Shown piece after piece: positions 48,830 to 57,876 of a DNA stretch of 64,000 nt. The position numbers were made by a program, and so were the translations under genes. Numbering within the stretch: position 1 is the stretch's first letter; the number at the start of each line of letters is the position of its first letter. The stretch is taken from NCBI GenBank assembly GCA_918797485.1, contig CAKKNE010000005.1, forward strand, positions 3,162,001 through 3,226,000, given 5' to 3'. The stretch comes from Pelagomonas calceolata. Taxonomy: Eukaryota. The notes below the pieces were generated by a model, which ran no database searches, had not been told where the DNA came from, and saw only the letters and a program-made list of their open reading frames with translations.

Positions 48830-50332
48830 CTACATGCCCTTCGCCGCCATGACCGCGTCGAGCCCGACCTCGAAGTTGCGGATCGTCTTGTCGACGTGCA
48901 TGAGCTTGTCCAGGCCGAACAGGCCGATGCGGAACGAGTTGTAGTGGTCCGGCTCGCCGAGCACGAGCGGCACGCCGGCCGCGATCTGGAACTGCGCGTT
49001 CTTGAAGTGGCCCGCGTACGTCGGGTCGTTGTTCGCGTAGACGACGGCTACGCCAGGCGCCTCCCAGCCCTCGGCGGCAACGGACGTGTAGCCCTTGTCC
49101 TTGAGCACCTTGCGGACACCCATTCCCAAATCCCACGTCGCCTTCTCGGCCTCCTTCAATCCGAACTTCTCGGTCTCGTGAACCACGTCTCTGAAAATTT
49201 TGATGGCGTCCGTCGGCATCGTAGCGTGGTACATGTGGCCGCCGTCGCGGTAAGCTCCCATCACGGTTTTCCATTTGTGCAGGTCGACGGTGAAGGACGT
49301 CGACGGCGCGTGCGACGCCTTCTCCGCGGCCTCGTCAGACATCATGCCTGTGGGCAAATCAACCAGTGAGTCGGATGTCGAAGCGCCGCGAATTTTGATT
49401 TACGCACTGCGATCATGCAGACGCCAACGGCCGCCGGGCCCGACCAGCCCTTCTGGGGCGCCGTGATGTAGGCCCCAATGTTCGCGTAGTCCATGTCGAC
49501 CCAGGCCGTGCCCGAGGCGACGCCGTCGAGGCAGAACGTCGCGCCGACCTCCTTGCACGCATCCCCAATGGCCTTGCAGTACTCCTTGTTGAGGATGATC
49601 CCCGCCGACGTCTCGACGTGCGGCGCGCAGACCATCGACGGCTTCACGTCGCGGATTTTGGCCACGACCTCCTCGATGGGCGGGGGCTGCACCCCCCGGT
49701 CCTCGTCGTCGGACCAGCCGTTCGCCGGTCTCGCTTTCATCACGTGCACCTGGTCGTCGCTCTTGCCCATGCACTCGAAGAGCTGGGACCAGCGGTAGGA
49801 GAAGTAGCCGTTGCGGACGACGACGACGTCGCCCTCGTGGCCGAAGGCGCGGGCCGCCGCCTCCATGGCGTAGGTACCCGACCCGGGCAGCATGACGGCG
49901 TGCTGCGTGTTGTAGGCGTTCGTGAGCGACGTGTGGAGGTCGTTCATGATCTCCTGGAAGGGCGCTGACATATGATTCATAGCGCGGTCGGTGTAAACCA
50001 CGGAGTACTCCATGAGGCCGCCGTTCTCGTCGATCTTCTGCTGGGGGACCTGCGTTTTCGTGGACGGGTGAGCTGCAGAGCTATTCTGGCGTCGCGGCGG
50101 CGGCGTCGCGCTGTTCTGGCGTCGTTGCGGCAGCGTCGCGGCTATGCTGGCATCGCGTCGACGGCGTGGCGGGTGGTTTTGAAATATCCGGCCGGTTCCG
50201 TCTCGGCGCACACGCGAATTCGACACTGGTGCATGCGACGTGGGGCTCGTACACGGGCTGCGGCGCCGCGCTGAGCATGCGCTGCTGGCGGGCGACATTG
50301 CGCAAAGCGGGACGCGCACGGCTGAGAAGCAT
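48830..50332 (-). CDS. Class-V aminotransferase of the bacterial EYSVVYTDR subfamily, 3 exons (50332-50240, 50049-49419, 49347-48830), mitochondrial-type leader
   Basis: LMEYSVVYTDRAMNHMS; PGSGTYAMEA; PHVETSAG; APQKGWSG; YHATMPTD; FRIGLFGLDKL; splicing restores a single frame. Confidence 0.9.
49348..49418 (-). mobile_element. Introner-type GC-AG intron (71 bp) with imperfect TIR and TSD
   Basis: Sense: GCATGATCG-[CAGTGCGTAAATCAA...TTGATTTGCCCACAG]-GCATGATGT; TIR 12/15; the GC donor restores GVCMMSDE. Confidence 0.8.
50050..50239 (-). other. GT-AG intron (190 bp) with internal repeats and the CACGCCGTCGACGCGA motif
   Basis: YEPH|gtcgca...aaaacgcag|VPQQ in frame; internal cgacgccagaa duplication. 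Confidence 0.75.
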
Positions 50333-50797
50333 CTTGGTGGATGTCGTCTAGCTTGGTACGCCACGTAGACCGAGATAAGCTCGGTTCGGTGCAAGGAAAA
50401 CTGTACGGAGGCGGTGCGTAGAGGGTCTACGCGTGCTGTACAGTGGTTTTCTCTGCTTGGATCGCGTCTGCGGAACTTTTATTTGCTGCGCCAGCTCGAT
50501 GATGCCGAGGGCTGAGAGTCAAACTCTCATTCGCGGCCGCCGGCAGAGGCCTGCGTGCGACTCGTAGAACAGTGGAGGCAGAGCCTCAGGTGTACGGAAG
50601 GCAAGCGGCGGCTTCAAACTCGAAACTCAGGCGCGACGCGCCGACGGCACCAGCCATGAATCGACGATGCAGGGTGCCTCCCCCCCCGGAACTCCGCCCC
50701 ACAAGCCCTAGCACCGTAACAGAACGCCGCCTTTACGCCATCGAGGCGAACGACCAAAACACGACTCATCTCTTACAGCAAAGGGGGGGACTAATAA

Positions 50798-51763
50798 TCA
50801 GCCGTAGACGAAGAGGCAGAGCGACGCCGCCATGACCGCCATGCCCGCCACGATCGACTTCGTCACGACCCTGTCCCGCGGGTCGTACCGGTGCGCCGTC
50901 GGGATCAGTTCGTTGAGACAGATCATGATCATCATGCCCGCGACCATGCCGAAGACGATGCCATAGAGCAAATTGTCGAAGTGGTCCTTCAGTAAAGCCC
51001 ATCCTAAGAGTGCCCCGACGATCTCCGAGACACCACTCAGCAGCGCCCAGCGGAAGGCCTTCCAGCGGTCGCCCGTCGCGAAGTAGATGGGGATGGACAC
51101 GCATAATCCTTCGGGGATGTTGTGGATCGCGATGGCGATGGCTAAGGAGGCTCCTACTGCGGGGTCGTCGAGCGTAGCCACAAAAGTGGCCAGGCCCTCC
51201 GGGAAGTTGTGGATGCCGATGGCTAGGGCCGTCATCATGCCCATGGACTCCAACCTTTTATCCTTCGTCGTATCATCAGCCTTGGGGGGCTCGTCGGCCG
51301 CGGCCGGCGCGCCGGCCGCGGCCGCGGCCCGCCTTCGCTCGATCTCGTCGAAGACGCCGTCGTCGAGCTCGCAGCACGGGGCGAGGTCGGGGGCGGGGTC
51401 CGCCATGTGCTTGCGCGGGTCCGACGCGTGGTGCGCCGAGCGGTTCGGGTCGAGCCAGTGCACGAGCGCGTCGAGGCCGGACATGAAGCCCATGCCCCCA
51501 AAAAGAGCCGCGGTCGCCATTAAGTAAGCGTCGCTGTCGCCGAACGCGCTGCTGTCCGCGAAGCCGTCCAAGGCCTTGACGAAGATCTCCACAAACGACA
51601 CGTAGAGCATGACGCCGCTCGACAGGCCGAGCGCGCCGGCGAGGAAGGGCTTCGAGGCCAACTGCACGAGCCGCTCGGAGAAGACGACGGCGGCGCCCAG
51701 CGCCGTGGCCGAGCCGGCGACCGTGGTCAGTACTAAACCGAGCTCGGCGTTCGTGAGGCCCAT
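50798..51763 (-). CDS. ZIP-family (ZupT-like) metal transporter
   Basis: SGVMLYVSFVEI; AIGIHNFPEGLATF; AIAIHNIPEG; ELIPTA. Confidence 0.95.
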   Translation of the reverse strand: MGLTNAELGLVLTTVAGSATALGAAVVFSERLVQLASKPFLAGALGLSSGVMLYVSFVEIFVKALDGFADSSAFGDSDAYLMATAALFGGMGFMSGLDALVHWLDPNRSAHHASDPRKHMADPAPDLAPCCELDDGVFDEIERRRAAAAAGAPAAADEPPKADDTTKDKRLESMGMMTALAIGIHNFPEGLATFVATLDDPAVGASLAIAIAIHNIPEGLCVSIPIYFATGDRWKAFRWALLSGVSEIVGALLGWALLKDHFDNLLYGIVFGMVAGMMIMICLNELIPTAHRYDPRDRVVTKSIVAGMAVMAASLCLFVYG

Positions 51764-52053
51764 GGTTGCCCGGCGCCGCTTAGTTTATTTTGCAGTTTGG
51801 CTGCTCGGCTTCACAGCAACTAAAATGCTGCGGCCTTCGAGTATTTGTGCTTGCAAGCACAGATGTCACGATGCGACAGCAGGCTTCGCGCAGCTGTACG
51901 TGCTGGACTGCGGGTTAATTGCCCTCTATTTGTCGCTTTTTGCTCGGCTTTGTTGCTTTTGCCGGCGGCTCGGCTGCCTCTTAGCGTCGCCACAGAGTAC
52001 CCAGGCCCGCGTATGGATGCTTAGATGCGGATTAGATACTCGCTCGGGTTGAT

Positions 52054-52075
52054 GCTAGCGCGTAAAGACACTAGC
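52054..52075 (+). promoter_or_regulatory. CTAG-bounded upstream element, copy 8
   Basis: gctagcgcgtaaagacactagc between divergent ZIP and AP4M1. Confidence 0.7.
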
Positions 52076-52262
52076 AAGCAGCCCAGTTTTGCGGCGCGGG
52101 ACTCCACGGCCGTGTACACTGACATTCGTGCTGAGGCGTCGTCGGAGAGACTTTGTCTCTCATCCGGCCAGCGCTGTCGACCGTAACCGCTCGTACACGC
52201 CATCACAAGCGCCACACAGCACGCTAGTCACTGGCGCCCACACGCCGTCGCGGCGCGCAACG

Positions 52263-53561
52263 ATGCTCTCCCAGTTCTTCGTCCTAAGCCCGAGGGGCGA
52301 CACGATCATCTCCAAGGACTATAGGGGCGACTCGCCGCCGGGCGCGGCCGAGGCCTTCTTCCGACGGTGTCGGGAGGAGCGGTCCTGTCCTCCTTGTTTT
52401 AGAATTAATGACGTGACGTATGTGTGGGTGAAGCAGCACGGGCTCATGTTCGTTTGCAACACGCGCTTCAACGCGTCTCCTTCCACGATCATAGAACTAC
52501 TTAACAGACTCGTGAAAGTTTTCAAGGACTACTGTGGAGTTTTAAGTGAAGAAGCTATTAGAAAAAACTTCATTCTGATTTATGAGCTGCTGGACGAGAT
52601 CGTGGACTTCGGCTACCCGCAGGGGACGTCGACCGAGAATCTGAAGGCCTGCATATATAACGAGCCTCTGCTCGTCGACGCGCAAAAATTGAGAGTGCCC
52701 TCCCTGTCCACGAAGACCGTGTCTTCGTCGGCGGTCCACAAACCGATAGGATCGCGGAAGACGGGCACGATTGGCGGTGGTGCTGCTCGGAACGAGATCT
52801 TCGTGGATATACTGGAGAGGCTGACGATGCTCTTCGCGGCGAACGGTTCTGTGGTGAATAGCACAATAGACGGCTGCATCCAGATGAAATCATATTTAGC
52901 AGGGAACCCGGAACTGCGGCTGGCGCTGAACGAGGACCTCGTGGTCGGTAAAGGCGGCCCTTACGGGACCGTCGTCTTAGATGATTGCAACTTCCACGAG
53001 TGCGTGAGATTGGACGACTTCGAGGCCCAGCGACTCCTGAGCTTCGTGCCGCCGGAAGGTGAATTTGTGGTCTTGAATTATCGAACGGCGGGCGACTTCC
53101 GCGCGCCGTTTCGGGTACTACCTCAAATCGAGGAGGCCACGCCCTACCAGCTCGAAATTATTGTGCTCGTGCGCTCGGAGATCCCGGACACGAATTATGG
53201 CAGTGATGTTACTATTACGGTACCCTGCCCAAGAAACTGCACCGCGGCCTCCGCAACAGCGCCTTCCGGAAGTAGTGCGGACTACAATGCGACACAAAGA
53301 AAACTAACTTTCCACGTCAAGAAATTTCAAGGAGGGTTAGAATTGGCTTTCCGGGCCAAGATCACGCTCTCCTCGATCTGCACGGCGCAGACGCGCAAGG
53401 AGATCGGGCCCGTGTCAATGACCTTCGAGATCCCCATGTACAACGTCTCGAACCTGCAAGTGAAGTATTTGAGGATCGCGGAGGCGTCGCAGAATTATAA
53501 TCCGTACCGCTGGGTGCGCTACGTGACGCGGTCGTCGTCGTACGTGTGCCGGTGCCGGTGA
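52263..53561 (+). CDS. AP4M1: AP-4 complex subunit mu
   Basis: MLSQFFVLSPRGDTIISKDYRGD; KDYCGVLSEEAIRKNFILIYELLDE; LDDCNFHECV; PYRWVRYVT.SSSYV. Confidence 0.95.
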   Translation: MLSQFFVLSPRGDTIISKDYRGDSPPGAAEAFFRRCREERSCPPCFRINDVTYVWVKQHGLMFVCNTRFNASPSTIIELLNRLVKVFKDYCGVLSEEAIRKNFILIYELLDEIVDFGYPQGTSTENLKACIYNEPLLVDAQKLRVPSLSTKTVSSSAVHKPIGSRKTGTIGGGAARNEIFVDILERLTMLFAANGSVVNSTIDGCIQMKSYLAGNPELRLALNEDLVVGKGGPYGTVVLDDCNFHECVRLDDFEAQRLLSFVPPEGEFVVLNYRTAGDFRAPFRVLPQIEEATPYQLEIIVLVRSEIPDTNYGSDVTITVPCPRNCTAASATAPSGSSADYNATQRKLTFHVKKFQGGLELAFRAKITLSSICTAQTRKEIGPVSMTFEIPMYNVSNLQVKYLRIAEASQNYNPYRWVRYVTRSSSYVCRCR

Positions 53562-53923
53562 TGCATTCCTTCGCGGCGATGCCGTAATTACTTGGTTGTT
53601 ACTTGTACGTCCGACGAGAGGGATCGATGTTACGGTGCTAGGACTAGTGGGCGTCCGACGAGGTCCATGCAGCTAGTGAGCTTACCCAGCGCGTTGCGCG
53701 CAACTTTGCGCGGCCGGTGTTATCGCATTCGTGCGCTTTTCATTGTTTGGCAGTTTTTTGGACTTTTGTGGCACTGTGCGCTGCCTGCACGGCCACGGTG
53801 CAGACCATCGTTTGCGCTGCACGGCCACACACCACCGGAGAGCAAAAGTGGTCTCTCTGTGCGCCAGTGCGACTGCCGCGTCCTATGCACCGGGTGGCCA
53901 GGCTGGTCACGCGACGCAGCATC

Positions 53924-54457
53924 ATGGGCAGTGTCGTCGGACGCATCACCGAGGAGACGCCCGCGTACGAGGTGCTGGCGACGGGCGACAATTTCGAGGT
54001 AAGACGGTACGCCGCCGGCACGGCGGTCGAGGCGAGCGACGCCAATAACCAGGCGTTCGGAGCCCTCGCGAAGTATATCGGCGTCATGAGCAAGCCGCAG
54101 AACGCGCGTGGCGAAGCCATCTCGATGACCGCGCCCGTCGTGTCCATTCCCGACGCGGGCGACGCGATGCGCATGCAGTTCGTGCTCCCGTCGGCCATAA
54201 AAGACGCGCCGGAGCCGACGGCCGAGGGCGTTCGGCTCGTACCGCGGCCGGCGCAGACCATGGTCGTCGAGCATTACACGGGTAGCTGGTCCGAGGCGGA
54301 CGCCAAGGCGCGCGCGCTCAGGCTCGCGGACCGCGCGCGCGCCGCGGGCCATGCGATTCCCGAGGACCTCGCCGGCGTCGCATGGGAGTGGCGGCGGTTC
54401 AATCCCCCGTGGACGATCGGCTTCATGAAGACCAACGAGGTCTGCATACCATTGTAA
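53924..54457 (+). CDS. SOUL heme-binding family protein
   Basis: MGSVVGRITEETPAYEV..FEVRRY; AFGALAKYIG; ISMTAPV; FNPPWT..TNEV. Confidence 0.92.
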   Translation: MGSVVGRITEETPAYEVLATGDNFEVRRYAAGTAVEASDANNQAFGALAKYIGVMSKPQNARGEAISMTAPVVSIPDAGDAMRMQFVLPSAIKDAPEPTAEGVRLVPRPAQTMVVEHYTGSWSEADAKARALRLADRARAAGHAIPEDLAGVAWEWRRFNPPWTIGFMKTNEVCIPL

Positions 54458-54476
54458 ACAAAAGAGTACTGTTAAT

Positions 54477-57400
54477 TCATACCGCCTCGCCCGGGTCGTC
54501 CAATGAATCGTCGAACGGCGACTTGTCCACGGACGCGTGCGCCACCGCGTACTTGCCCGGCGTTGGTACTGGAGGCGGACCGACCTCGCCGGTAACAGGC
54601 TTGCCCTCGCCGGGCGCGGGCAGCGCGTCGAAGTTAAAACCCGACGACGCGAGGTGCGGCGTCGTCGATTGGGTGGGAGGTGGCAATTTTGGAGAGGGCA
54701 TCGGTGATGTTCGTGGTGATGCCCGCGGCGACGACTCGTCGTCGACAATAATCGCGTCGAAGAGCGCCTGCTCGTCGTCGTCGCCATCTAACGAGGGCCG
54801 CGGCGATACCCTAGGAGACACGCGCGGCGAGGTCCCAGGGCCACACGCATCGAAGAGGGCGCCGAGGTGGTGGTCCTCGGTCCGCGGCGAGGTCACCTTC
54901 TTTCTTGGTGTGGAGCGCTTCTTCGGTGACGGCTTCTTTGGTACAGGAGAAAAGAACGCGTCCACACCTGAACCGAGCACCTCCTGGCGGTGGGGCGTGT
55001 CCAGCGCATCGACATTGCCCCAGGTCGGGCCCTTTTCAGAATCATCCGAGACGACATGGTCCAGGGCTTTATCCGCTTGAGCTAAACCTTTGAGCACTCC
55101 AGTCTCGGCCTTGGCCATGCCTCGCACGACCTTCATCTGTCGTATTTCCTTCGACTTCTGCTGCAATCGCTGCGTAAACAATTGGGTCCCATGCCCGATG
55201 GCGTCGAAGATCGCATCTTCTTCTTGGTCGACCTGGTCCATGCCCTCATCGTCGTCGGAGTCTTGGACTGTCAAAGGCGAGGGCGCGTCCTCATCATCCG
55301 ACTCCTCGTCGGGGGTCCTGTCTAGCAACTTCGAACAGATGAATGCTTTGCGTTTCAATTGTATCTCGACATCCTCGGGCGTGTCTGGCACCGCAACAGC
55401 GATACCCAACATCAGAGCAAACACAAAGTACTGGCACGCGAAGAACGCAAAGGCCCTCTCATTAGGTCTTAGTTTCTCATCTCTACCGGTAGCTTGGAGC
55501 GGCTGCCATCTTACGGTGTAGAAGATACACGCCGTGTTTGTCGTGACAGAGGCGGCAGCGATCAACTGAAAAACCAGAGTCCAGGAGCCAATCGACCACG
55601 CGACGCGCGGCCACAAACGCCGTTTGAAATATAGATACTTCTTCAGATCACCCGCTACTTCTAGTTTATTAGCGATCCAGGCCACTAATGGCAAACAGGG
55701 CAGCGCCGTAATGAACAACGTAATAAAGCCAAACCGCATGGCAATATTCGACATGTCTTGAATTTGATCTTCAAACCCGTCGGTAGGCGCCAAGTCAAAT
55801 TGCAACTCCGCCTCGTGCTTGCCGTCTCTCTCATCTGTTAGTTCGGGGTGCTTGTGGCGTTTGTACTTCTTCTCCAAGTACGGGATGAGTAGGTCCATGC
55901 ACAGCCCCGAGAACCATTTTGTGAGGAAGATGATCCCTAAATTCATCTCCAAAGCAGAGTAGCAAGTACCTTTACCTGGTTCTATATCACCGTTACCACG
56001 CGGGCAGCCCTCCAAATGTCTCTGGAAGAAGGCGTTGTACACCAAGGGAATGTTGTAGTTGCAAAAATTGAACGAGATCAGTTTCAGGATCAAGTTGTTG
56101 TAGTGTTCCACGTCCGTGCGATGGTTCTCCCACGTGTTGAAAAAACGAGCCACGTACTGGAACAGGTAGTTCATGATTTGTATCGCTATCGTGTTTATCA
56201 CCGATGCCACTACGGAAGCGTATCGAGCCGCCATGATCGACGACGTCGTCTTGTCGAAGGCCCTCGTCAACACGACGCGCATGTAGATGATCCCGATGTT
56301 CACCCACACGAGCACTATTATGAGTGCCGCGACGACAAAGAACGCGATACAAGCATGTCTTCTACGTCTTCCAGCCGGATAGAAGGCTTCCGGTCTCCCA
56401 TCGACGAGTGACGGCCGGAGCGGACCCCGGAACCCGGGCCGGTCGGGCACCGTTTCCGCTAAGCCTAGTGTCCCCCAGCGCATGGCCAATCTACTTTCTT
56501 TCCTTTTCCAGTGCTCCAACAACCCGATGGCCCAGATGCACTGGAAGGCTGAAAAGAAGGGCAGCATTCTACTTTTAGCTCGCGGCCGATCGATCACGGA
56601 CGCCTCGAGGTACATGATGAACGTCGTCGCCACGCCCACAAACGCACTGAGAGCACAGCCCGCCGTGAAGTGGTGCACGAAGGCGAAATAGAGCGCTAGG
56701 CGATCGCCCACGTAGTCCCTTATATTATTCACGTCCCCCCGTAAACCCCACCGCTGGAACTCCTCCATGACCTGCTCCCGCTTCTCCACATCATGTAGAG
56801 GATAGGCCGCTTCTATGATGTTATTTTTTTGGAGTCTATGGAAGTTCACGCCACACCCACCTCGACTCGGTCGCTGCTCGATGATCGTACCGAGTAATTT
56901 CAATCTCAATAAAGGCCAGGCAAATAGGTGGGGATAGCCGCGCGGCACTTCATACAGCACCTGCATCTGACTGTTCGTCTCGTACTTGCCGTGGATGCAC
57001 TCGTAGGGTCTTACGTTATTTGTGAGTTTCGGGTCGTGCCTTAGCTTCCTTCCCTTAATGCCGGGACCACCACGTTCAATGGCCTCCTTGACTTTCTCCT
57101 CGTTCATGGGCACGACCCAGTCCAGCGCGTCGGCGGCCCGCGCCAAGCGGTGGACCGGCGCCCTTAACAACGCCCATCTTCGCTTGCCATCCGAGGACTC
57201 CACGAGCTTCGTCTCGATGCCACCGGACTCGAGACGTGTTATCACAGATTGTTGTTGTTCTGTCAATGCATTGTCGACAACAGTAAAACAAACGCACGCG
57301 TCCCAGCCGTACCCGTACTTGGCGCGGAACTCGTCCTCCCCTAGACCCGTGCGCCGATCTCTCACGAGCTGCACGACCTTCGCCGGGGAGAGGGCAGCGA

Positions 57401-57524
57401 CCGTCGGGCTCGCGATGTTCGTGCGCTTGCGCCGCCGCGGCAGGGGGCTCCATGAGAATTTCTTGGGCTGGGGGCTGCTCGGCGGCGTGGCTTTGTTCTT
57501 CTTTTGCGGCGAGGGCGACCACAT
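54477..57524 (-). CDS. Anoctamin/TMEM16 family protein
   Basis: YPLHD; IRDYVGDRLALYFAF; LEHWKRKE; WENHRT; FGFITLF; RRLWPRVAWSIGSW. Confidence 0.93.
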   Translation of the reverse strand: MWSPSPQKKNKATPPSSPQPKKFSWSPLPRRRKRTNIASPTVAALSPAKVVQLVRDRRTGLGEDEFRAKYGYGWDACVCFTVVDNALTEQQQSVITRLESGGIETKLVESSDGKRRWALLRAPVHRLARAADALDWVVPMNEEKVKEAIERGGPGIKGRKLRHDPKLTNNVRPYECIHGKYETNSQMQVLYEVPRGYPHLFAWPLLRLKLLGTIIEQRPSRGGCGVNFHRLQKNNIIEAAYPLHDVEKREQVMEEFQRWGLRGDVNNIRDYVGDRLALYFAFVHHFTAGCALSAFVGVATTFIMYLEASVIDRPRAKSRMLPFFSAFQCIWAIGLLEHWKRKESRLAMRWGTLGLAETVPDRPGFRGPLRPSLVDGRPEAFYPAGRRRRHACIAFFVVAALIIVLVWVNIGIIYMRVVLTRAFDKTTSSIMAARYASVVASVINTIAIQIMNYLFQYVARFFNTWENHRTDVEHYNNLILKLISFNFCNYNIPLVYNAFFQRHLEGCPRGNGDIEPGKGTCYSALEMNLGIIFLTKWFSGLCMDLLIPYLEKKYKRHKHPELTDERDGKHEAELQFDLAPTDGFEDQIQDMSNIAMRFGFITLFITALPCLPLVAWIANKLEVAGDLKKYLYFKRRLWPRVAWSIGSWTLVFQLIAAASVTTNTACIFYTVRWQPLQATGRDEKLRPNERAFAFFACQYFVFALMLGIAVAVPDTPEDVEIQLKRKAFICSKLLDRTPDEESDDEDAPSPLTVQDSDDDEGMDQVDQEEDAIFDAIGHGTQLFTQRLQQKSKEIRQMKVVRGMAKAETGVLKGLAQADKALDHVVSDDSEKGPTWGNVDALDTPHRQEVLGSGVDAFFSPVPKKPSPKKRSTPRKKVTSPRTEDHHLGALFDACGPGTSPRVSPRVSPRPSLDGDDDEQALFDAIIVDDESSPRASPRTSPMPSPKLPPPTQSTTPHLASSGFNFDALPAPGEGKPVTGEVGPPPVPTPGKYAVAHASVDKSPFDDSLDDPGEAV

Positions 57525-57723
57525 CGTTTCGAGTGCTGCGGCGGCTGGCGTGCGCGGGGCAGCAGTCTTAGGCTTGCATAATTTCCGTCCAGCTACTTTG
57601 GAGTTGCCACTGGTTTTGAGTTTTGGAGGCTGCCCGCACGCGCGGCTTTAAACGCATCAATTAAAGATCCGCTCGTGCGGCTCGCAGGCGGCTTCGAACT
57701 GGCGAGTCGTCTGACGGTGAATT

Positions 57724-57747
57724 GCTAGTGTCTTACAGGCCGCTAGC
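57724..57747 (-). promoter_or_regulatory. CTAG-bounded upstream element, copy 9
   Basis: gctagtgtcttacaggccgctagc between divergent anoctamin and ALDH-like genes. Confidence 0.7.
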
Positions 57748-57876
57748 CTCGGTGCTCGGCAGCGCAAAACGACTGCCTACCGGTGCGTGCGCTGCCGTGC
57801 GAACCGATCATAACGTACGCATAACGTACGCGAAGCGCGCGAGCTGAAAAACCGCATCGCTGCCGACCCACAAACG

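Noticed and set aside
49403..49408. Canonical GTGCGT donor for the aminotransferase intron
   Set aside because: Using it with the CAG acceptor puts GCA TGA in frame (immediate stop); the upstream GC donor restores the protein.
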